Source of the DNA: Macrostomum lignano
Lineage: Eukaryota
Length of the DNA stretch: 64,000 nt
Reading direction: 5' to 3'
Assembly (NCBI GenBank): GCA_002269645.1
Contig: NIVC01000712.1
Span: 310,001 to 374,000, forward strand
Shown here: positions 36,754 through 49,613 of the stretch, piece by piece
Position numbering within the stretch: the first letter of the stretch is position 1
How the letters are laid out: each line of letters begins with the position of its first letter
Notes under the pieces: generated by a model
What the model was told of the DNA's origin: nothing
Seen by the model: the letters and a program-made list of their open reading frames with translations, nothing else
Database searches by the model: none
Translations under genes and position numbers: made by a program

Positions 36754-39700
36754 CTATTCAAAGTGATTCACTCGAATGGTGATCTCCCAGTACTCGTCTG
36801 GATCTTCATAGTAGGTGTCGTCCTGGCTTGGATTTCGCAGCTGCAGGGCACGCTGGCTTTCCAGCATCAGGTCAGCCGGTGAAGTCTGCTGCACTTGAGC
36901 CTGGGCCACCACCCAAGCTGCCGTTAATTCTTTCTGGAATAATTAATTGCACAGAGAGACAAAACGAAAATTGATTTTCTATCGTGCCTGTCCTGTATTC
37001 TAGCATACTATAAATAAGAAAGTTAAACCTTCTAAACAACCGTGTAAATAATTATAGCAGTATAACACTATACTGTTATTAACTTCATTGCCAAGACTTT
37101 TTACTCAAGTCAGACAGGTAGCAAAGATACTAAACTATTTACCAAGGCTTAATAAACAGACGTAGCATTTATCAAGATTTGAAATACATCGTCAGTAAAT
37201 CACTTGAGAAACTTCGCCCCACCCCTTCACCTGCACGTGAACACGGCATGACAGCACTTTCTTCTGGTGGCAATTCTGAATACTAAAATAAAGCTGAAGT
37301 TCATTATTGTGATAAACTTACTGTCTGACTAAATTCGGTTTGGTACAGTATTAAGGATGCATGGCTTTCTACATAAATCTATGAGATTTTAGCATAAAGA
37401 GCCGCATCAGAGAATGACACAAAACTCTTGAAAACCATTAGAAGAGGATTCTTAGAGTTGATCAGATAAGTTTATAAATGAACAAGACTGATTTAAACTT
37501 CTCACTGAGTGTCTTATAGGCGTTAGCGATGACAAGCCTTTACGCTTGTGCTCATTAAAACTGGCTGGCGTACCTGTCCATTGACTTGAGCCTGACCAGC
37601 ACAGCGTCCTGCTCGCGGTGTTGGCTGGCAGAAGCTTCCTGTCGAGTTTGGCACATTTCTGAACCACAGGTAGACGACGATGGCACCCACCATGAGCACT
37701 CCGATCGCCAGGGTCACAACTCGGAAAATGAACACCACTTGAGTTCGCTTAGGAGCGTTCGGGTCCGATTCGTTGCTGGCTTCAGGTTTCAGAGTAAACG
37801 GAAACGTTGCAGAGCTGCTGATGTTGTAAACTGCAGTTCCTCGAAACGTCTGCCTTCCGCTACACTGGATTCTCACAAAGATGCTGCTCCGTAGCAGCGC
37901 CAGAGGAATCTTTGCGAGCTCCCCCCGCTGAATTGAAGTTCGCTTCATGTTCTGCACGCTTGTGTTGCCACCAAAGTCAGCTGTGCACTGCACATCGGAA
38001 GCATTCCATCCGGAATCTGCTCTTGTGACCATGACGGACATGTTTCTGTCGTTCAACTCTGGTGGGGATATTTGCAAGCTGGTTTTGTCTGAAATGGCGG
38101 TCACACATCCATCTGACAATGAGCTTTAAGTCATAGAGTGTACAAAAATTAGTGAGCTCACAGATAACTGCAGGCAGTTGATTGGCGCTGGTCTCTACGT
38201 CTGGGTACTCGACTCCTGACTGGTTGACCTGGCAGCGCACCAGCCATCGGCTCCGGGCCATCCACCGGCTTACCCGCAGCTGGTGCTCACTGCTGAAGTC
38301 CGTGCTCTGAGGATGGATGAGAATGATTGCTACATTTACCTTCAACTCAAGTTTAGTAATTTCAACTACGTAACTACAGAACATTATTATGCATAATCCG
38401 AAGTACAACAATACTCGTACTTCATTAAAAATAGTTGACTTTTTAGATTTCCTCTAACCAGAAACTGCAGCTTCCAGGAAAGCAGTCAGTACAATGCAAA
38501 CCGAGTCATAAAATTCACCTGAACTTTCTTGAGCAGCTGGGAGAATGGAACTGCCGAGTCGATTAACCAGCAGCTGTGGCTGACGGGCCAGAAGCTGCAA
38601 CTGTCTGACCTGACCCTGACTGTCCTGACCTCGTGCTCGCGCCAGAACTCGGCCTGCTCAAGCTCAATCCGCGTCACACAGGGCTCTGTAGAGAAAATAC
38701 ATTGGAACTTTGCACTGTATAACGTACCAGGTAATCTGTATTGTTTCTCTCATTGGCTTACCGCTAATAGCTGTGATACTGTGACGCTTCACTACCGAGG
38801 TGACACTTCCAATTGTTGCAAAACTTTCTTTGCAATTAATGTAATTAGCCTTCATCCACTTCGACACTGTGAAGGTAAACGTGGACTTCACAGAAAAGAC
38901 AGGCAGGTTTTCCGAGTTCAAAGTGATCTTCCTTTCCTGCGAATTCGATATTGAGTGAGAGAATGTCAAACACCAGCTAAATCTGCCAAGCAGAACTTGA
39001 GTTGCTTACAATGGCTGCAGCTGTCAGAACCTCAGCCTGTTCTGAGGTGCTAGCTGCTAGCTCCGATCCAGCACACGTGTCGCGGCTCCGGAGAAGAGTC
39101 TGTGGTGATGAAGCTGACGGAAGCTGTTCTTCCGGACACCAACACAGCGGGAGGCGAAATGTCTGACTGAATTGGCGGAACTGAAAAGCGAATTTCTTGT
39201 CTCGTATTACAGAGCGGCTTTAGTGGCTCCAATAAAAACATTGTGAGCTGAACTCACTTCTCAATAGCAGCATTCGCTCAAGTCTTGCTTCTTGTTGATG
39301 TCCTCGACTGCAGCTGAGCAGTGCGCCCTGATGCTCCAAGCTCGATTTGAATTCAAACATTTGCTGACATTCTTCGTGGATCGTTTGCGTCTGCAATGCC
39401 AGAATTTCTCTCTAATCGGAATTATACCGAATGAAAATTGATATTCATGAAAACTTACATGATTGACCCTGAATTGTTTTCCATTGCGGTTCCGTATGCT
39501 GCAGTTAAGCCTTGAGCTGGTGGTTTTTAAGCCACAGTCCCGCACAGAAAAGCAGATGGGATCGCCGACAGAAGATTTTCCGATGTTGTCCAGACTGGCG
39601 CATATTTGAGTGTCAACGTCAAGCAGCTGCAGACAGGCAGGTCGACCTGAAAAAGAAGTGAGTTGAGCACAGAACTGCAGACCAGAATCAATAATTTCAG

Positions 39701-40545
39701 CGCATTTACCTGTCAGGTTGAGTGCAGACCACTGCAGGTCGCCTGAGCTGTTCTTCAGAAGAATGAAGGACACTGGGACCTGCCATTCAAGTTTGATAGC
39801 ATTGGTCTTCTGAAGGCATTAACTAATATCTTAATGCATGCAACATAAGACAACAGGTCTGTGGTGACTACCTGGACATTGAGCTGCCTCCACCGGTCGC
39901 TGCTGCCGTAGGTCTCCCAGCTGGCGTCGCACGGATCCTCCAGCTGCAGCTCCAGCGGGAGGCTCGAGGCTCCGACCGCTGACACGGGCGAGCCGACCGG
40001 AGCTGCTGCGAGCCACTGGCCATCTGCAACACGAGTGCTTGGCTGCTAGCTGGTCTCACACTGTCTCAGAGTGCTAATTAGATGCTAGCTGGTCTCACAC
40101 TGTCTCACACTTTGTGCCCCCGACGCCCTTTGCCTCATCATGCATCATGAGAATGAGTCGGTCAGCGTCACTTACCCCAGTCTCGCACGCTCACCGCCTC
40201 CAGCATCATCGGCTGCCTCAGCTGCATCACAAGCCACCGAGGCCCGGACCGCACAGCAGCAGGGAATCGGTTTGTCTCCGACTGCCGACTCTCCCACCAA
40301 CGGCAGTGCGCACCGCTGGGTTGCCAGGTGCGCAGAACGTCAGCCCTGCTCAGCTGCACTGTCACTGAAACATTTTGATTCAGCTGTCAGTATCTGTGGT
40401 TTTCGATTAAAGTTTTTCAAAACCTGCATATTCTGACAGAGATCATCAGCTCACCTTTGTGTTTTGCGTCAGTGCATTGGGCTTCTGCGCTAGAGACCCC
40501 AAGCCTCAGCAGCGCCGGCAGAAGCAGCCAAATCTGCTGCTTCAT
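36754..40545 (-). CDS. Type I membrane protein, receptor pair copy 2: ectodomain paralogous to copy 1, different TM and Tyr-motif tail
   Basis: Exon 1 40545-40455 (MKQQIWLLLPALLRLGVSSAEA); exon 2 40364-40176; TM exon ending 37574 (VVFIFRVVTLAIGVLMVGAIVVYLWFR); terminal exon 36933-36754 in phase 0. Confidence 0.7.
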
Positions 40546-42139
40546 GTTAGCGAAGGAGTGTCCCAGCGACTTATTTTGCCAGGGTTAAAGTTTATATTTA
40601 TAACAAACTACAGTTTGTGCCGCCAGTAAGGTGCAGTCTAGCAAACTGCAAATCTAAATAATGGAATGCACAATGAAACTGTACACGCATGTTCAAAAGC
40701 AACATGCACAGGTAGATTGGCGAAAATTCCGTTTCGTGTTTCTGTTTAAAAAAATTAGTTTTTTTGAAATAGATTTTCTCATTAAGTTTTTCTTCTTTCG
40801 TATTCCAATTGTCAATTGTCGTATTCCAATTTAGAACGGGGCAGAATCCTCAATAAAAGTTTCATAAACCCATTTTGTAGATCCTTACCATAAATGCATG
40901 ATTCAATTGAGTTGTCTTTTCGGGGGTAACTCCTACTTGATACATATACGCGTATTTTCAAGGCTTGTGCTTTGCACATCCCTCCTGATGATATGATGAT
41001 CAAAAAAGGCAACTTTTAGCTGGTGGTTAACAAATCATTTTTAGTATTGTGGGTAGGATTATAATTTTTTATTGACAATCTTGTACAGTACTGTATGGTT
41101 CATTATAAATGAGGTAGCGGTGTATAATAATCAGCAGGTGATAGCTACATGATAAATTGATTATAGATTACATTGCTGAATACTGGATATCCGTGAATCT
41201 AACAATCAAGGACTACTTAAGTAGCTAGAAGGACGGGAGACTATGTTTCTTGGAAAATTTTAAGGGGCCGGTTTTGCGGGGAAAATACATTACGGAGATA
41301 GGAGGTTTTCATTTTTCAGCCCAAAAAACTGCTATTGCTCTTGATACCTGTAGTTTATTATTTGCCTAATGTTTATCGTTTGATATGACTTGTCCCTCTT
41401 ATAGCTCTATTGATATTCATAAAGCTTTTCGTGTCCTATGCCTAAAATTCATCAAAATGGCACAGCTAGACACCTTTTTAATATTTTGTTTCAATTTTGT
41501 TGAGCAGTTATCATGTACGATTGTACGTAGGATATAAAATTAACAGAGAATCCTGATTTTATAAACGAAAAGCTCTATAAATGTCAATCAATAGAGCTAT
41601 AAGAAAGGCACAGCATATCAAAAGATGAACATTGGGTCTGCCTTCTAGAAAGAGCGAAATAACCATTTTTTGTGCTGAAAAAAGAAAACCTCCTGTCTCC
41701 GTAATGTATTTTATTTATTATCCAAGAAACCAGTTTCCAGTCTGCCCAAGATGCCCTTGGTAACAATACTATTCGTTTCTGGAATTGATGTACGAGGGGT
41801 GTTGCAAAAGTTTCCCGATTTCCTGTAGGCAAAATCTAGGTATGATTTTCTAGGTATGAGAGTTGGTGTAAAAATCTGGAATAAATAAAATTTAACGAGA
41901 GTGAGTGAAATCTCTGAATAAAGAATTGTATTGCCAAAAATATTGAATCCGAAAATCAACAAAAATAGAAAAATGAACATCTAATGGATAATACTCTCAA
42001 AAAGGCAAAGGAATACTTCTGTGTTTGTAAACAGTTCTGGAAAGCTGGGAAGATGATTAATTAACATTTCATTGCTTCACCAGCGTGAGCGCTATTAACA
42101 TCACCTTTAATGTCCCCAGCACTGTCTCAACAGCTAAAG

Positions 42140-42678
42140 TCACAGGAGCTAATGTCCTCTGCGCTCATATCCCGTGTGCTAACAGGCACAGGAGCTAATG
42201 TCTTCTGCGCTCATATCCCGTGTGCTAACAGTCACAGGAGCTAATGTCTTCTGCGCTCATATCCCGTGCGCTAACAGGCACAGGAGCTAATGTCCTCTGC
42301 GCTCATATCCCGTGCGCTAACAGTCACAGGAGCTAATGTCCTCTGCGCTCATATCGCGTGCGCTAACAGGCACAGGAGCTAATGTCTTCTGCGCTCATAT
42401 CCCGTGCGCTAACAGTCACAGGAGCTAATGTCCTCTGCGCTCATATCGCGTGCGCTAACAGGCACAGGAGCTAATGTCTTCTGCGCTCATATCCCGTGCG
42501 CTAACAGTCACAGGAGCTAATGTCTTCTGCGCTCATATCCCGTGTGCTAACAGTCACAGGAGCTAATGTCTTCTGCGCTCATATCCCGTGCGCTAACAGT
42601 CACAGGAGCTAATGTCTTCTGCGCTCATATCCCGTGCGCTAGCAGTCACAGGAGCTAATGTCTCCTGCGCTCATATTT
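42140..42678. repeat. Minisatellite, 46-bp unit (gctaatgtcttctgcgctcatatcccgtgcgctaacagtcacagga)
   Basis: Direct reading. Confidence 0.95.
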
Positions 42679-43149
42679 CAGTATGTACTAAAATATCCCT
42701 TAATGACAATGGCAATTAATTGCTCTGCTGGCATTCGCGGGGGAGACAGTTAGCTGGAGACGTTAGCGCTTAGGACGGTAGCGCTTGAGACGTTAGCGCT
42801 CGTGACAGTTAGCATCAGAGACTTTAAGCCATAGTAGTGCTATTTAACGCTCACGCTGATATAGTTGTTTACAATAAGAAAATCGAGAGGGTAAAATTTT
42901 TAGTAGAATACATATACAAATTTACGTGTGATCAGAAACAGTAAATGGCAAGAGTTTCATTTCATATTGCATTTCAGGAGAGCAGGGAAAAAGCTTAAAA
43001 GGAAAAGGAAAAAAGGAAAAAAAGTAAAAAGAATATACGAGCGTAGTTTAAGATAAAAAAATTGTTTTTCTTGATCTTGGTAAAAAACTAAAATATCTAG
43101 AAATTATAATGTTTTAGTAGAAAATATTGCGTTCCTTTTAAATTATTTG

Positions 43150-43402
43150 TAGCCTAGTAATTAAAGCGTCGGACTCACGACTTGAAGGTCGGGGGTTCGA
43201 TTCCCTATCCCACTGGGAACAATTTGTGTCCTTGAGCAAAAGACACCTAACTCTGCTCTTCAGTTCACCCAGCTGTAAAATGGGTGCCAGCATTAGCTGA
43301 GGTAATTGAGGGTGTGTGTTGCGACCCCCCAGTCCTTGGACTGAACAGCCGTACGCAGCCTTATAGCTGCGGCTGAGCTGTCGGTTGCACATCTGACCCA
43401 TT
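43150..43402 (+). mobile_element. CORE-like tRNA-SINE, copy 2
   Basis: Same blocks as 22672-22950. Confidence 0.8.
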
Positions 43403-44679
43403 GTGTGTACTCAATATTGTGATTAGTATATTCTTGAAGGATGGTATGCTTCCATTACTTAATTCAAATATACTCGTGCAACGATACAATGCATAAATTT
43501 TAGTATTTTCCATTCAGGAAGTATTTTTCCACGTGACTGAGCTGTTGCTTACCTTTACAAGTCCACCACTGGACCTGTCCTTGGCTCTAAAAGTATTTCA
43601 TTCTGTTTAGAATCTTCGTTCGGAAGGTGAGCACTTTCGTCGGGATTTCTTCTGCGACGAGCTCTCTTCCAAACAAGCAATATTGCTAGAGTTAAAGCAG
43701 CAGGACGGCCACTGCAGCTGCCACTAGAATTAGCGGTGCTCGAAGCGTTTCCTGATTCGCTGCCGAGGCTTCTCTGTTGCTCAACAGCTTCTCCACCGCC
43801 AGCAGCAGATCCCGTTGGCAGTGCAGCTGGCTGCTGCAGTCCCTCTGACTCGCAGCATCGGCTACGTTTATAAAGCTTATCAAGGAGAGCGACGGCTTAC
43901 TGCAATCGTCGAATGTTATCGTCGGACTGACTGATTGATCTACAACGGCTGTTATTGAGGCGCAGGAGCCTTGGATGGGTTGGCCTGATCTGGAATCGGT
44001 CAATGCACGGCCGAATCACTACTCGTATATGCACCTGCGTGTCTTGTGCAATCGAATCATCTACAGTGCAGAGAAAAAAGCAGAAAAATAAGTGTATGGA
44101 TTGAAGTTTGAATGCAGTAACGTACAAGCGAGCAAGTGTATCTGATAGAGATCTCCAGAATACAGTATTAAGCAGACTACTAGAAGTAGTAAGACAAAAT
44201 ATATATAGCACAAACTTTATATGTCACGCGTTCATACTTCATTTTTTGCAGTTTTACCTTTTACATTAAATTTTCGAACCTCGAAATATGGTAAACGTTA
44301 ACCTGAAATCGACCAAAGTTTCACCCTTTCTATTCAATAACCCCACTTGTAGAATGATAAAATTCCTCTTGTAACCTCATCAAAAACCTGTTGAGGCCAA
44401 GAGAACTAAGAACTACGAGGCTCTGAGAGAAGTGTAAACCGATCAGTGAGCCTTTGTTGAAGCCTTTGTTATTTGATTATCGAGGGCTGCGTTATTGCTG
44501 GCCGTTATTGATCAGTTGATTTCTACTGAGTTATTGAATTTGAAGCCTCCCTATTCCTACTAAGGGATTAGATAAGATCCATTGGACTGATTCCGATACT
44601 CTTAGACGATTATTGATTTATTGATTTTGCTACCGTAGAGTAACGGATTAGGTTCACACGACTACAATTCCATAATTTC

Positions 44680-44755
44680 TAGAAGAAGACGCCTTTTCTG
44701 GAAGACCTCGTTATATTTTTATAGAGTTGATTCTATTACTAGGGCGCATCCCGGA
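44680..44755 (+). mobile_element. Diverged fragment related to the putative solo LTR at 7546-8286
   Basis: gaagaagacgccttttctggaagacct...tagggcgca compared with the minus strand of the LTR, gaagaagacgccctttaggaggacct...tagggtgca. Confidence 0.35.
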
Positions 44756-45521
44756 CATCTCTGATTACTGATCGTAAGGAATATATTAACGTCGATGAAT
44801 TAAATTGTTACGTGATCTCAAATTTGGCCGACCTCATGAAACTCCGGAGGAAAATTGCTTCTTGGAAACGAGCTCGACGAATCTGGCCGATGAGAAGAAA
44901 AGCCCACAACAGTAAGCAATCACAAGAGTCTGTTCCCAGACTTGCGGTCTGGAAGCGGGAGTGCGTGCGTTTAGACACTAGACCTAATTCTCTGTCTCTT
45001 TCCCTCTCTAGTGTGCTACTGCAGAATTTTCACAAGTTGCCGTTGTACTCGTAAAAACATAGTCTAAATGCCAGCAGTTAACTTGCTGTCTTGTTGCTGG
45101 CATGCAGCTTATCGTAGGCATATTGCGCGTATCTACTCACTCAGCTATTGCGTGTACTTCGCTTTGACCAAAAAAATGCATGGAAATTATCGAATAGCGA
45201 AATAATGCAAAACTGTCAACAAGAACGAGTAGCGAAATCAATCAGAACACACAAAGCTAGTTTTGAACTGGAATTTACCAGACACTGGAGACAAGATTAG
45301 AGAAAATGGTACTACTCAACCGAAAAATATGCGCTAGAAATTTTCAATCCAGAATTCAAGCGCAATCTGTCACAGTTAAGACTGCGAGACCAAATTGATA
45401 CCTTACGAGAACAGGACCTGCCCAGAGTGCATGTGGGGTTAGAAAGTGAAGTTCACTTCCTGTTTAAGTGTAGTTGGAACTTCTATAGTGCTCTCCATGA
45501 TACAACTGAACAGGAAATTTA

Positions 45522-46290
45522 TGCATACACACATACATACATACATACACACATACATACAAACATACATACATACATACATACATACATACACACATAC
45601 ATACATACATACATACATACATACATACATACACACATACATACATACATACATACATACATACATACATACATACACACACACATACATGCATACATAC
45701 ATACATACATACACACATACATACAAACATACATACATACACACATACATACATACATACACACATACATACAAACATACATACATACATACATACATAC
45801 ATACACACACACATACATGCATACATACATACATACATACACACATACATACATACATACATACATACATACATACATACACACATACATACATACATAC
45901 ATACATACATACATACATACATACATACACACATACATACAAACATACATACATACATACATACATACATACATACATACACACACACATACATGCATAC
46001 ATACATACATACATACACACATACATACAAACATACATACATACACACATACATACATACATACACACATACATACAAACATACATACATACATACATAC
46101 ATACATACACACACACATACATGCATACATACATACATACATACACACATACATACATACATACATACATACATACATACACACATACATACATACATAC
46201 ATACTTACATACAATACATACATACAGTACATATACATACATGCATAGTACATACATACAATACATAAAATACATACAATACATAAATAT
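45522..46290. repeat. (CATA)n microsatellite with CACA/CAAA variants
   Basis: Direct reading. Confidence 0.98.
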
Positions 46291-46891
46291 ACTTTAAACT
46301 AGAGGTCCATCCTGCATTTGGCAGAAATAAACTTGCAGAAATATTTCTTATTCAACAGCAGAATTCCCTCAGCAGCCCGCAACTTACACAAACATACTCG
46401 AATTCGACACTGAAGCCAGTCTATAACAGCCGCTAGCATTACTTCTGACCACAGAAAATAAACTGCTGCTCTCCAATCGGTAAAACATTCCAATACGAAG
46501 CGTTTGACTCAGATTTAGCGGCCTCCTGTTGGGATATGTGAGCTCTCTGGCTGTGTCTAAAAAAATTTAGTAAATCGGTTCAATGATGATGCTTAAGATT
46601 TTGACTTAACTCTTTTGAGTAACTAAACACCACACCCCAAGGGAAGGGAAGGCGGACGCGAGTGTTTGCGACTATCGAGTACATTGCGAGTAGACACGAC
46701 GGTCCAAAATCCGAAAAAATGATAGGAAAAAAGTGAAAAACAGGGGCGCGCAGGATGGCTGGGTCACGCTTGCAAGCAAATAATAAAATAAACCGACATT
46801 AAAACAGCACTCAATCGATAAAACAATAGTCGTCATTAGGATGAAATCAAAAAAGAAGAAATAAGAAAAAACACACGAGTTGAGAAAAAAA

Positions 46892-48114
46892 TCAATGCAT
46901 TTGAGTCCAAGCCAGAGGAAAAAAAGAGCAGACAGCACACCAGCTTCTTCCCGGAGCAGGCAAAAATAATAATTGTAGGCATTGAGATAGTTTTCGAACA
47001 GCCGCCAGCTGGAGGTCGAAGCCCTTCTCCAGCCCAAGGTACACCTGAACCGCCGAGCTCCGCCAGTCGCCCAGGGCCTTGACGACCGGCAGCGGCACAT
47101 CGGCGCGGAACTCCAGCGAGGCACCACCGCGTCGAAGGCTGTGAGGAGACAGAGACCGGTCTGCCAGGCCGGCACGGTGGACGACGTGCTGAAACAAGCG
47201 ACAGAACCGGGTGCCGGTCAGAGGCGTCAGGCCGCCGCTGCTTCGGTAGGCGAAGAGGTGGGCGGCAGCGGCGCGGTCGGGCTGGTTGATGCGCAGGTGG
47301 TGAAGCAGCGCTGCCACCAGGCAGAGCGGGTGCTGCGCCGCGTGCCGGAGGCGCGGAAGGACAACGCGGTGCACTCGCTGGCGAAATTGGTTCGTCTTGG
47401 AGCGCCGAATGTGCAGGATGGCCAGGTCCGTTGATACTTGCAGGTCGCCGCAGGTGACCACCTCGCCAGCTGGTGGGAACGGTTTCGAGCAGCACAGGTT
47501 ATCGCGGCGCAGGAGGTCCCAGAATCCGACCAGGACCGCCGCCCAGAAGGCTGCATCTTAAGGCTGCTGCAGGCGCAGGGTTCCTCGCAGTTTGAGGAGG
47601 TCACCCGGAGTGATGGGCGCCTTGCGCGCAGGTGGCTTGGCGAGTTTGCGCTGCACACCGTGGAGGAGCAGGTCGATGCGGGGGTCGCGAGGAAGGCCGC
47701 GGCCGGTCTTGAGCTTGCAGTGCAGGTCTGCGGCGTTAACGTTTGCACCGACGCTGGCATGCGAGGAGAGGCGGTCGGACAGCGCGATGATGTAGTGCGC
47801 GACCTGCTGCAGAGACGGTCGGGTGCTGTCGATGCGCATCTGCTTGCAGAACCGCTTCAAGGAGTCAATCTGGCAGCGGTAAGAGCACGCGATTGTCTCA
47901 GCGAAGGCCAGGTGGCAGAGCTCGCGGTAGCGCTTGCTGAAGTTCGCGCTCGGGACTTGAGGCGGGCGATCTGTAGGGCGAGAAATTCACAGGTGGCTGG
48001 CGAGAGGGTGTGCTCGCTAAGGTTGCTAAGGTCGAAGTGAACAGAGCCAAAGAGCCGGAGCAGGAAGTTTGTCAGCTCGCTGATGTCATCGGCTCGGCTG
48101 CCTAAGATCTGCAA
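46892..48114 (-). CDS. Tyrosine recombinase of the element (frameshifted)
   Basis: IRRSKTNQF, HSLRRGGA, LGDWRSSAVQVY (R-K-H-R-W-Y catalytic pattern); N-terminal KRFCKQM...LLLHGVQR...KAPITP. Confidence 0.88.
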
Positions 48115-48126
48115 TGTCCCGGGGAC

Positions 48127-49432
48127 GTGGAAGGCCTAGACGGAGAGGTAGCGGTGCGCAGCGAGGAGCATCAGCTGTTGCAGAGCCGAGTTGACGAGCC
48201 GATTTGGCGACGAGCCCTTGTTGATGGCGCCGACTGCGGCGGTGCTGTCAGAGTAGATCACAAGCCGGCTGCCCGGTTGCAGCTGCTGCTGGAAATGCAG
48301 GGCCGTAAGCACTGGCGCGATACTTTCCTTCAAGTTGATGTGCAGCGGCTCAATCTCGGTTGAGTCGCGGTGCCAGTTCATGATGAGCCAGCTGGTGGTG
48401 TCTGGGCCGCGGATGATGCCGCAGCCGCCCCAGTTGGACGCGTCGGACTCGATGGCCCAGCTGGGCCTGTTGGAACGCCAGATTTTGCCGCTGGGGGAGG
48501 CGGCCAGGCAGGCGTCCCACCAGCTAATAATCTTGCGGAGATCATTGTGTACGCGCAGTTTGTGCCGCTGCTGCGTAAGGTCGCTGAGTTCGAGCAGGAG
48601 TGCTCTCAGGAAGCACCTCCCGATGCGGACCACTTGGCAGACCCAGTTGATGCAGCCACAGAGCGATTGGAGTTGGCGCTTGGTGATGCGCTTGCGAGAG
48701 AGCGCGGACTGCAGCTGAGACTTGGTGGCGTCGAGCTTGTCCTCTGGAAGTTCCAGCAGGCCGCTGACGGTGTCGATGAGACGCCCAGGTAGACCAGTTT
48801 AGTGCACGGCGCCACCACCTTGCTCCAGTTGATGAAGAAGCCAAGCTTCCCCAGCAGATTGAGCAGAGTGTCGAGAGCGAGCTGGCTTGCGTCCTTGCTG
48901 GAGGCTGCTACGGCGAAGTCGTCCCGATAGCTGACGATATCGTTGAAACCCCGTCTCTGCATCAAACTTCCACGGAGGCAGCAGCGCCGAAGGGGAGTCG
49001 CGTGTCGCAGATGTACGAGTCGCTGCGCTGGTCGCTGAATTTCCACTTCAAGCCAGTGAGCCGAAAATCGTGCGGGCTGATGCCGACACTCCGGTAGGCA
49101 TTGGTGAGGTCGACTTTGGCCATGAACCAACCGGTTTGCAACTTGGTGGTGAAGTGACTGACGGTCTCGAACTTGATTCGGTAATCGGAAGAAAATCGGC
49201 TGTTTAAGGAGAGACGCGGAGGGTTGGAGCAGTCCTGGATGAGTCGAATCTTGTTGTTGCTCTTCGGAATGGCGCCAAGAGTACTGATAACCTCCGGTTT
49301 GTCACTGACTGGAACGTAGCGGCCATTCAGGACTTCCTCAACCAGCTGCCGGTAACTGTTGACTGATACGTGATTCGAAAGCCGTTGCGGATGCCATTCA
49401 GCAGGAATCGTCAGTCAGGATCAGGATCGTCA
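48127..49432 (-). CDS. RT-RNase H remnant of the element (frameshifts, internal deletion)
   Basis: LGAIPK..KIRLIQDCS, KVDLTNAYRSV, DTRLPFG, SYRDDF (degenerate YxDD), ESDASNWGGCG, HINLKE, YSDSTAAVGAINKG. Confidence 0.85.
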
Positions 49433-49613
49433 GTCAGCTCAGTTTCCCAGGCGGCTGTGGCGAGGTCGGATGAGAGAGCAACGGACTCGAGGGGCTTGGG
49501 ACAGGGCAAGCCGGGGGCAGCGGGGGTTCGACTTTCGCTTCCGCCGGGGCAGCTGCGCTGCCAGTTGAGCCCCCCCCCCGGCCGGCCGCGATCTAGTTTT
49601 TTGAAGTGCAGAA

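Noticed and set aside
45427-46297. His/Thr/Tyr- and Cys/Met/Val-rich ORFs
   Set aside because: (CATA)n microsatellite
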